Shown here piece by piece: positions 22,973-32,783 of a stretch of 32,783 nucleotides of DNA. The translations under genes and the position numbers were made by a program. Position 1 is the first letter of the stretch, and every line of letters begins with the position of its first letter. The DNA lies in contig JAUCBJ010001365.1 in the NCBI GenBank assembly GCA_032718475.1, forward strand, positions 1 to 32,783, read 5' to 3'. The notes beneath the pieces were generated by a model that did not search any database, was not told the DNA's origin, and saw only the letters and a list, made by a program, of their open reading frames with translations. This DNA comes from Nemertoderma westbladi. Taxonomy: Eukaryota; Animalia; Xenacoelomorpha.

Positions 22973-23038
22973 AGATTTGCCCTAGTAAGAGGGTATATGC
23001 AGCTACAGGTGGCACCTCCTTTATGCTGCATGGAGGTG
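22973..23038 (-). ncRNA. Candidate pseudoknot / degenerate HDV-like ribozyme at the RTE 5' end
   Basis: Crossing 7-bp helices CACCUCC/GGAGGUG and AUGCAGC/GCUGCAU; partial HDV-like element order. Confidence 0.35.
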
Positions 23039-23080
23039 ACAAGTTTTCTTGATCAATGACCTAGAATACCTGACCTGACC

Positions 23081-23483
23081 GATTAAACATAAAGCGGCTC
23101 TCGGATTCGTAAAAGATGAAAGCTGCAGTTTGCAGTATAAACAATGGGTTTTCTTTAAACCAAAGATCTATTCATTCCAATCCTACGATGCCCCAATCAA
23201 GAAAACCGCCAAAAGTGTATCTAGATCGGTTGTTGCTAAGCAACTAACACACGATGATTACGCAGACTGTTTTGAAAATGAGGCAATTCTCTTCCGCTAT
23301 AACTCTATCTTCACTTCTAGAAAGCATCAAATTTTTACTGATTATGTCTATAAGAAGGCACTAACACTCTGGGACACGAAACCATACTGGAGTATTAAAT
23401 ATAGCAGCAAAACATATGGACACTATATCACTAAGCTCGTTAGTCCAGTGAAACAAATAATAATCCCTCCAACCAGAATTTAA
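23081..23483 (+). pseudogene. polB: C-terminal fragment of a Polinton/Maverick/adintovirus protein-primed DNA polymerase B
   Basis: LGFVKDE...KPKIYS...KTAKSVSRSVV...THDDYADC...SRKHQIFT...KKALTLWDTK...YGHY matches the pPolB terminal pattern (LGKMKDE...RPKMYS...KAKGV...HDDY..C...KxALSxxDDKR...YGHY). Confidence 0.85.
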
Positions 23484-24487
23484 TTTAATTTTTCTAGAAT
23501 AAGAAATTGAGCAACAAAATAGAATTAACCAATAAACAGTTTACCGGAAAAGACATTGACAAATTTGAACTAGAGAAAATTTCACAGCAAATTGAAGGTT
23601 GAAGATGCTTAAAACCAAACATGTTTATCTACAAAGGTAACGATTCAACTATAATGTTATTTCCCAGCGGCGCAGTAACACTTGTAGGCTTGTGCAATAA
23701 TTTAGCTAGTGAATTGCTTTATTTATAACAAACTATTGGTATGCAATTACAACATTTGAAACTTAATGCTGAAACACGAACTATTATTTTTCTAAGTGTT
23801 AATTTTAAATTATTAATGAAAAAATGCGGACACCATACAATTAATAATAAAGCAATATTTATTAGCTATACCCCCGAATTATTTTGCGCGATTAGAATAT
23901 ATATAGGACGTGCATATTTTAGTATATTCCATACCGGTAAAACCACCTGGCTGTTCCACATCAGTGTCACTAGTTCTAGTAATATTAATTACTTCTGTTA
24001 GGCCTAATTCAGTAAATTTACCAAAGAAACACTAATACCGGTAACTGAATACTGAAATATATTGCAATACAGCAAAAAGTCAGGCAGTAATAACTGTTTA
24101 AACAGTGCTGCAACATGCAAAGCTGATGCCTAACGCTGGATAAATTATATTATTTTTTTTAAATTGTGATTGTAAATATTGAAAAGTAAGATAGGTTTAA
24201 AGAATTGCCTATAAAATTTTTATACTTTTGTATTGGACCCTAAATTTTTGCATGCAAGCTCAGAATTAAATTATCTTTCGAATGGTATATTACACTAAGG
24301 TGCATGTCTGACAGTTTTGGCTGGCCAGGGGGGGGGGGGGGGGGCAGGGGGCATCATTATGTTACACCCGGTACACTATCAAAGACAAATTAAATTTTAG
24401 CAACACAGCAGTTATATCCAAGAAATTTAACAAAACCATAAATCAGTCAAAGTGAAAAAGGGGGGCAGTTCCCCCCTTCAACTCCCC

Positions 24488-25159
24488 TGTAAGCGGATTC
24501 AATTCCGTGCATTACCCACCAAAAATGGGACTAGTGGCATTTTACCAATATAGTTGGCGATGTGAGATTACCAATAATAATCACACCCCTCATAACCTCA
24601 TAAGGGGGGGGGGGGCGATACATGCCGTAAGCCACATAGAGAGGTGAGAGGTCAAACCACCTCAGAGGGAGAAACCAGCTAGTGAGGCTAGCACCAAGGG
24701 GTAACACGAACAGGGAGTGGCGAAGTGACAATTAGTATATAAGCCAATAGCGGGCAGGAAAGCACGTTGGGGAGGATAAGAGCGCATCCATTGGATATTA
24801 GAGGCCGCCCAGTAGTGTAGGGCTAAAACCAATATGTGTCAATGATATAACTCTTGTAATCACTGATTATTAGTTAGTTGATTCCCTTACGGTTGTGAGA
24901 CCGGAATAGGTTTTGACCATCGTTACTACATCATTGTTACTGATACTATTTGCATTGCATTATTATTATATTCAGACTGTGCTATATTATCAATTGCTGT
25001 GATTATCAATACTGACAACTAACACCGTTGTTTTTCTATCGGCCTTTGGCCAAAGATATTATCCAGCCATCAGTTAGCCCAGCAGCCCAGCGACGCAACG
25101 ATGCGTACAACCTACACCAGTCGGGAGCTGATACTGCCAACTCCGTCAGCCCAGTCACA
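24488..25159 (+). mobile_element. Complete 5' LTR of the BEL-like element
   Basis: TGT...ACA ends; homologous to the LTR at 11092-11676; followed by GTCAAAAAC and gag; no PPT immediately upstream. Confidence 0.85.
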
Positions 25160-25283
25160 GTCAAAAACTACCGACGACGAACTGTGACCACAACCCAAGA
25201 GGACAAGATGAGCAGAAGGTCGAGGTTCCGAAGTCGCTGGCTGACCACAGGCCGAGGGCGACGAATGGCCCACCGGAACGGCG

Positions 25284-27810
25284 ATGGTGGGGCTGACGAG
25301 GAGGGCAGGTAAAGTCAATGAGGAGGATGTCGGGACGAGTGATCGCCTGCAATGGGCATACAACGCCATGAAGAGGATGTTGAAGGACGATAAGGAAGGG
25401 AGAAAGGTAGACCAGCCCAAACTATATCAGAGGCTAGGTGAGTGCAACAAACATTTCCGCTATTTAGTCCGATTTGGACAGGGGGAATTGGCGAGTGTGA
25501 GGGCGAGGGGGGTCGCCACAGAACTGTTTGAATTGTGGCGATCCGAGGTGGTGGTGGCAGACATAGTGTACGTAGGGCCTTATCTGGTGGATGCAAGGGG
25601 GATTAAGTTAGTGGGATGGGTGGACCCACACGAAAACGAATCCGAGATTAACCCCGAAGATTCGGTGTCGTCGGTTAGTAGGAATCCCAGCAAATGGGGG
25701 AAAATTAGTAGGACAGACAGGCGACGGGAGTCTGTCGTAACCGAAAAGTCCGCTACATCGATGAACTGTGGCGAGAAATTATAGAAAGGGCGAGGAGAGG
25801 GAAATGAGTGAGTGTAAAGAGTCTACGGGAGCGGGAGGTTGTTGCGGGCGCTTGTCTCTACAAGCGAACGAGCGCAAAGAGCGTGAGGCGAGGAGAGCTG
25901 AGAGGATTGCGAGGGAGGCAGAGTTAGCTGACCAGAGTATCAGGGAGGATAGAGAGAGGGAGAGAGTGGGTAAACGCATGCAGGATGATATGCATACCCG
26001 GTTGAGGGGGTTAATGCAATACCAAGCAAAGCAAAACGCCGGTTAGAACTGGCAAAAATGGTTTTATCGGAGAGTGAGGCTGGTTCGGGTAGTATTTAAG
26101 AGGAACCAAAGGTGATGGAAACCTTTGTTAATACCCCACTTACAGGTACCAGGCGACAGACCCAAGACTGGTGTGACCGTACAGGTGGGGGGGGGGGGGG
26201 TAATGATAATACTTTTGATGGAGTTAATATTAATAGTACCGTAATAGATAACCCTAATACTTATGAAACCTTTGTTGCAGGAAATAATATTTTACCCGGA
26301 AATGGTCCTAATATTGGTGTACAAAATAATCTAAATAATAATATAAATAATGTAGAACAAAATAATTCAAATAATTTAGATAATAATAATCCAGGTAATA
26401 ATATAATAATCAAAATAATACAATTAATAACGCAGCAAACCGGCAGGGCGAGACTATTAACGGTGCAATTAATACAAACGTAGGGGGAACAAGCGATCTG
26501 CCCAATGAGAGCCTACAAGGCCACGCAGTTGCGCAGGGAGGAGCGGGGGTGAATAAACCCAGCGTGGGCAGAGATAACGCGTTGACTAGAAGGGAGCGTG
26601 GGGGCGAAGTAAGAGGTGACGGACGGAGGGGGGGGGGGGGGGGGGCTATGGGCACCCCACCACAAGCGATTAATGACGAGGGGGGGGAATGTCCCACAAG
26701 CGTCGGTGGGTAATGTGCGCGGTGAGTTGAGTGCACTGTGGCACCCGACGGCGGGCGATAGGGGGGGGGGGGGGCAGAGAATGTCCCACCAGCGGCGGTG
26801 GATAATGCGCGCGGTGAGTTAAGTGATCCACGGCACCCAACGGCGAAGGATAATAGGGGGACTGCGAATATCCCCAACGCCGTCCAACCCGGCAGAGCGG
26901 GCGAGCGAGAAAACGTCGCGCCCAATCGGAAGACGGTAGAAGAACAGTGGAGTTTATCTGGGAGGTCGAAGCGAGATCTCATGAGGGAGAACACTGCACT
27001 GAAATCGGACGAGGCGAGGAGAAGCAAGGAAGTGTTGCTATGAGGGGAAGGGCTGACAGCGAACCGTCAGTAGTCGAGATGGAGACAGAGAGCCAGTGGG
27101 GTCGTACTCCGGGAGATTGCCGTCGCCCCAGAGAAACACAACCTGGTGAAATATACCACACACCGGGAGAGGGGTACAGAGTGTACCGGTACGAGGATGA
27201 AGACAGGAGAGGGGACCAGAGAGAAACTTCCCGTCGGAACGTAGCTGCCGATCGAGAATATGGTAGTGGTGGGGAGGACTTCTCAGAATACTCGAGAAGA
27301 TTAAACTTCGGCCCAGAAGGACACAGGCAGACTGCAGGACATACTGTAGGACTTACTGCACATACTATAGGCCATGCTGGGAGAGATAGTGTAGGCGATA
27401 GGGTAGCGCGAATGACGGGATTAAACCCGGAGGTCGAGGCATACATACCGGTCGGTAGGCAAGAAGCCGATAGGCCTATACCGGTACCTGCACACCAGTA
27501 TGACTACAACATGCAGGGATATAATATATACCCAGGGGCCCTCCCCTGTATTGCCGATAGGTGTGTGGGCCCCAGCATCGTAACATCAACCCCAGTACCA
27601 AACATAACATTGGTGGGGGGGGGGGGGGGGGTGGGGAACAGGGTGACATTCCCCCATTACAGTATCAGCAATACACGCAACCAAAAACAAGAACCCTGAA
27701 CCCCTAAGATCCAAATAAATCGTGCGAAACAGAGATATGGAGGGGACCATTACCCCCGATGATATATCCCACGCAAGGAAAGTCGACGGGCCCGACGGCT
27801 GAACCGCACC
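25284..27810 (+). pseudogene. gag: Disrupted BEL/Pao gag (copy 2)
   Basis: Near-identical to 18223-20750. Confidence 0.7.
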
Positions 27811-27819
27811 CAATAGCAA

Positions 27820-30141
27820 GGGAGTCTGTATCCCTACCATCGAGATATCACCAATGGGAATATCTGGGAGTACAGACTCAGACACTTTCACTTCTACAAA
27901 GTTATCAGGCAATACCCTGTCATTATTGAGGAGCTTTCCAAAGTGGGCTTTCCAACCATTGAGGCGATCGACTGGTGATTCTGCCTTAACCTTGGTGGTC
28001 GGTTGGCTTTTCCGCCAAATAGACAACCAGAGAATTTACAATACTATGAAATATCGATTTTAAAGCAAAAAGAAGCAACTTGTGCCGCAATTTGAAAAAC
28101 AACCCAACAATCGAGATAGACAACAAAAAAACAACAAATAAGCAGTATGCTTTTCAGTTGAGAAGGTTGTCGATGATGAGGCCAAGGTATTTTACATTAT
28201 CAGAATGATCAAGCATTGAGTGATAACCCAACAACCAACCAACAAGACCAACAAGACAGTATTTGGTATTAAATTACTTTTAAGGCCGGAATACTCCCCT
28301 CCGTATTTCCTACGAATCAGAATATGGTCTATCTGGGAGTTGTGACCACTGGGTCCACTATGAGTCCATAGCTTTCCAGCTCGCTTCTTGAACTGGGTTC
28401 CGGCCGAAATCAATCCATTTCCAGAGATAAAATCCTGAAGATGGACGGAATTTCGGTTAACACTATTGCTATAGACCCAGAGCGATATAGGTGATTGATA
28501 CAGAATTGCATTAAAGTCTCCCAGGAATGTTAAGAATGCATGCTGATCCATCTTGTCAACAAAATTGCACCGCCACAACTCCCTATCACCCATGACATTT
28601 GCTAGATCATCCGCATCTTTAAGGCCAGTGTCCTTTAAGATGCGTCTCAAGAAAGTCATGGGCTGTCCACCATGCTTATTCACTCCATGAGGCTGCCAAA
28701 GTACAAGATTATGCACTGGCTGGTCCTCACGGCGAAAGCAATGTCCTGCAAAGCGGAGGCGATTTTGTTCTAGTGTCAAGCTTGGGGGAACCAATGAGAC
28801 ACCTCCATTGTTGTATAGTGTTTGGTTGGAGATGTGTGCTTTGTACTTGACACAATGAACCCGGCGTAACATTCTTGTGAATGTGCCATCCAGAGATTTG
28901 GTGTCCTCAGCAGTTAGAGCCCAGCATGGACTCCCGTAGAGGAGTACTGGAACTACTGCTGCTCTAAATAATCGGACCTTAAGTTTCCGATTAATGGTAA
29001 GCACACAGAGAGTAGCACGCAATCAGAACCACCTTAGGAAACTTCTTAGCCAGTCTTCCAGAACATGAGAAGTGGCAACGGATGATGCGGTTAGAGATTT
29101 GGTCTATTTTGTCCAATGCTGCATGTGCAGTTGGATTCATCAATAGACCAATTCCATCATTGGCACTACCATCTGCTGACGCGAGGGCGAGTCAACAACC
29201 ACCCCCCCCCCCATGTCCTTAATCAGAACCTCATCAGTTTGTCCAGTCTGCATTCGGTGCTCCTGAACACCCACTGCGCTAAGAGAAAGCTTATCTGCCA
29301 AGACAGTCAGCTCACCTTGTCGCATTGGGGACCCGAGTGTTAGGGTGTTTACTGAGGCTAGTCTAGTGACTTGCCTCAGATTCACCAATAGCATTGTTGG
29401 TCGGGGTGGAACATGAGAGTAGCCTCCAACTCCAGAATCCCTCTCCCCCTCACAATCTGGCCTCCCTGGTGACCCAGGGTTTGGGCAGGAAAAGTCATCA
29501 GGAAAGGGACTCAAAGAATTGTTGGCTTCTCTCTCTCCAGTAGGGGGTGAGACAGGCAGCCGGTCAGGAGATAACTGACGCCTGTGAGGCCGATTGTGTC
29601 CGGTAATTCCATTGGCCTCTAGTGGCCTGACCTCCGCATTACAAATGTAATCCATAGTGGGGGTTGGGGGGTGCTTTTTTGCCGAGTCAGCTCTCGGGGC
29701 AAATACCACACCCTGGTTTGCCATTCCACAGGGTGTGTGTCGCAGTGGAGTCAGATATGACGCCCATCACCCATATCTACTCTGGCGCACATGATCCACC
29801 ATTGGCTGTTGCAGCTCATCTGCTGGGTCATGCCCTGTACCCTTGCTGCCAGGTGAAGGTCGCAGTGAAGTGCACTCAGAGTTGACATGAGAACACTCTA
29901 CTCCTGACCAACCATTGGTAGATCACCATCTGCCTGGTCAGGCCATATACCCCTGCAGCCAAGTTTCGGGGTCCTTAATCCAGGAACAAGGGCGTCCTTA
30001 TCCCAAAACGAAGGAGGTCCTAGTTACAGGACCAGATTTGCCCTAGTAAGAGGGTATATGCAGCTACAGGTGGCACCTCCTTTATGCTGCATGGAGGTGA
30101 CAAGTTTTCTTGATCAATGACCTAGAATACCTGACCTGACC
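27820..30141 (-). mobile_element. Rearranged RTE LINE (copy 2)
   Basis: Near-identical to 20760-23080. Confidence 0.9.
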
Positions 30142-30544
30142 GATTAAACATAAAGCGGCTCTCGGATTCGTAAAAGATGAAAGCTGCAGTTTGCAGTATA
30201 AACAATGGGTTTTCTTTAAACCAAAGATCTATTCATTCCAATCCTACGATGCCCCAATCAAGAAAACCGCCAAAAGTGTATCTAGATCGGTTGTTGCTAA
30301 GCAACTAACACACGATGATTACGCAGACTGTTTTGAAAATGAGGCAATTCTCTTCCGCTATAACTCTATCTTCACTTCTAGAAAGCATCAAATTTTTACT
30401 GATTATGTCTATAAGAAGGCACTAACACTCTGGGACACGAAACCATACTGGAGTATTAAATATAGCAGCAAAACATATGGACACTATATCACTAAGCTCG
30501 TTAGTCCAGTGAAACAAATAATAATCCCTCCAACCAGAATTTAA
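30142..30544 (+). pseudogene. polB: Polinton/adintovirus PolB C-terminal fragment (copy 2)
   Basis: Same translation as 23130-23483. Confidence 0.85.
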
Positions 30545-31552
30545 TTTAATTTTTCTAGAATAAGAAATTGAGCAACAAAATAGAATTAACCAATAAACAA
30601 ACAGTTTACCGGAAAAGACATTGACAAATTTGAACTAGAGAAAATTTCACAGCAAATTGAAGATTGAAGATGCTTAAAACCAAACATGTTTATCTACAAA
30701 GGTAACGATTCAACTATAATGTTATTTCCCAGGGGCGCAGTAACACTTGTAGGCTTGTGCAATAATTTAGCTAGTGAATTGCTTTATTTATAACAAACTA
30801 TTGGTATGCAATTACAACATTTGAAACTTAATGCTGAAACACGAACTATTATTTTTCTAAGTGTTAATTTTAAATTATTAATGAAAAAATGCGGACACCA
30901 TACAATTAATAATAAAGCAATATTTATTAGCTATACCCCCGAATTATTTTGCGCGATTAGAATATATATAGGACGTGCATATTTTAGTATATTCCATACC
31001 GGTAAAACCACCTGGCTGTTCCACATCAGTGTCACTAGTTCTAGTAATATTAATTACTTCTGTTAGGCCTAATTCAGTAAATTTACCAAAGAAACACTAA
31101 TACCGGTAACTGAATACTGAAATATATTGCAATACAGCAAAAAGTCAGGCAGTAATAACTGTTTAAACAGTGCTGCAACATGCAAAGCTGATGCCTAACG
31201 CTGGATAAATTATATTATTTTTTTTAAATTGTGATTGTAAATATTGAAAAGTAAGATAGGTTTAAAGAATTGCCTATAAAATTTTTATACTTTTGTATTG
31301 GACCCTAAATTTTTGCATGCAAGCTCAGAATTAAATTCTCTTTCGAATGGTATATTACACTAAGGTGCATGTCTGACAGTTTTGGCTGGCCAGGGGGGGG
31401 GGGGGGGGGCAGGGGGCATCATTATGTTACACCCGGTACACTATCAAAGACAAATTAAATTTTAGCAACACAGCAGTTATATCCAAGAAATTTAACAAAA
31501 CCATAAATCAGTCAAAGTGAAAAAGGGGGGCAGTTCCCCCCTTCAACTCCCC

Positions 31553-32230
31553 TGTAAGCGGATTCAATTCCGTGCATTACCCACCAAAAATGGGACTAGT
31601 GGCATTTTACCAATATAGTTGGCGATGTGAGATTACCAATAATAATCACACCCCTCATAACCTCATAAGGGGGGGGGGGGGGGGGGGCGATACATGCCGT
31701 AAGCCACATAGAGAGGTGAGAGGTCAAACCACCTCAGAGGGAGAAACCAGCTAGTGAGGCTAGCACCAAGGGGTAACACGAACAGGGAGTGGCGAAGTGA
31801 CAATTAGTATATAAGCCAATAGCGGGCAGGAAAGCACGTTGGGGAGGATAAGAGCGCATCCATTGGATATTAGAGGCCGCCCAGTAGTGTAGGGCTAAAA
31901 CCAATATGTGTCAATGATATAACTCTTGTAATCACTGATTATTAGTTAGTTGATTCCCTTACGGTTGTGAGACCGGAATAGGTTTTGACCATCGTTACTA
32001 CATCATTGTTACTGATACTATTTGCATTGCATATTATTATATTCAGACTGTGCTATATTATCAATTGCTGTGATTATCAATACTGACAACTAACACCGTT
32101 GTTTTTCTATCGGCCTTTGGCCAAAGATATTATCCAGCCATCAGTTAGCCCAGCAGCCCAGCGACGCAACGATGAGTACAACCTACACCAGTCGGGAGCT
32201 GATACTGCCAACTCCGTCAGCCCAGTCACA
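31553..32230 (+). mobile_element. Complete 5' LTR of the BEL-like element (copy 3)
   Basis: Matches 24488-25159 with a longer poly-G run. Confidence 0.85.
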
Positions 32231-32783
32231 GTCAAAAACTACCGACGACGAACTGTGACCACAACCCAAGAGGACAAGATGAGCAGAAGGTCGAGGTTCC
32301 GAAGTCGCTGGCTGACCACAGGCCGAGGGCGACGAATGGCCCACCGGAACGGCGATGGTGGGGCTGACGAGGAGGGCAGGTAAAGTCAATGAGGAGGATG
32401 TCGGGACGAGTGATCGCCTGCAATGGGCATACAACGCCATGAAGAGGATGTTGAAGGACGATAAGGAAGGGAGAAAGGTAGACCAGCCCAAACTATATCA
32501 GAGGCTAGGTGAGTGCAACAAACATTTCCGCTATTTAGTCCGATTTGGACAGGGGGAATTGGCGAGTGTGAGGGCGAGGGGGGTCGCCACAGAACTGTTT
32601 GAATTGTGGCGATCCGAGGTGGTGGTGGCAGACATAGTGTACGTAGGGCCTTATCTGGTGGATGCAAGGGGGATTAAGTTAGTGGGATGGGTGGACCCAC
32701 ACGAAAACGAATCCGAGATTAACCCCGAAGATTCGGTGTCGTCGGTTAGTAGGAATCCCAGCAAATGGGGGAAAATTAGTAGG
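31886..32783. repeat. Tandem segmental repeat unit 3 (partial, runs off the window)
   Basis: Matches 17754-18650. Confidence 0.97.
32355..32783 (+). pseudogene. gag: Start of BEL gag (copy 3, cut by the window end)
   Basis: Matches 18223 onward. Confidence 0.7.

Larger units (their letters stand above)
20760..23080 (-). mobile_element. Rearranged RTE-clade LINE: 5' UTR, APE endonuclease pieces, ORF C-terminus and EN-RT linker; RT core missing
   Basis: APE motifs VGVQEHR, GIGLLM, IACYS, LGDFNA, QIDHILI; RTE C-terminus VPVLLYGSPCW, RLRFAGHCFR, DRELWR; linker WKAHFGKLLN. Confidence 0.9.
17754..24813. repeat. Tandem segmental repeat unit 1 (7060 bp)
   Basis: The same ORF set recurs at +7060/7061; starts at AGTGTAGGGCTAAAACC. 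Confidence 0.97.
24814..31885. repeat. Tandem segmental repeat unit 2 (7072 bp)
   Basis: Near-identical to unit 1, with a few substitutions and indels. Confidence 0.97.

Noticed and set aside
17754-25159. The 7-kb unit as one LTR-internal-LTR retroelement transducing RTE and polB
   Set aside because: No PPT directly precedes the LTR at 24488 (it follows a C-rich, DNA-transposon-like end) and gag follows each LTR, so tandem duplication is the simpler explanation.

Overview
Eukaryotic, most likely invertebrate animal, genomic DNA made almost entirely of nested, decayed transposable elements around one probable host gene. 1-3877: a CRE-type restriction-like endonuclease remnant, satellites, and an integrase-core-family ORF with an internal 126-bp inversion. 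3878-7799: the pol and 3' LTR of a BEL/Pao retrotransposon with two frameshifts. 7800-11676: a non-coding internal region plus the 3' LTR of a second BEL-like family. 12290-13372: a 5'-truncated CR1/L2-group LINE. 14190-14528: an intronless BRI3-like gene, followed by a Harbinger-type MITE and AT-rich DNA dense in TACAGTA/TACTGTA motifs (probable Tc1/mariner excision footprints). 17754-32783: a near-identical ~7.06-kb tandem array (two full units plus the start of a third). Each unit holds a BEL LTR and gag, a scrambled RTE LINE whose 5' UTR has a duplicated covarying RNA structure and a degenerate HDV-like ribozyme candidate, and a Polinton/adintovirus PolB C-terminal fragment. Family calls come from motif recognition by eye; no database searches were run.
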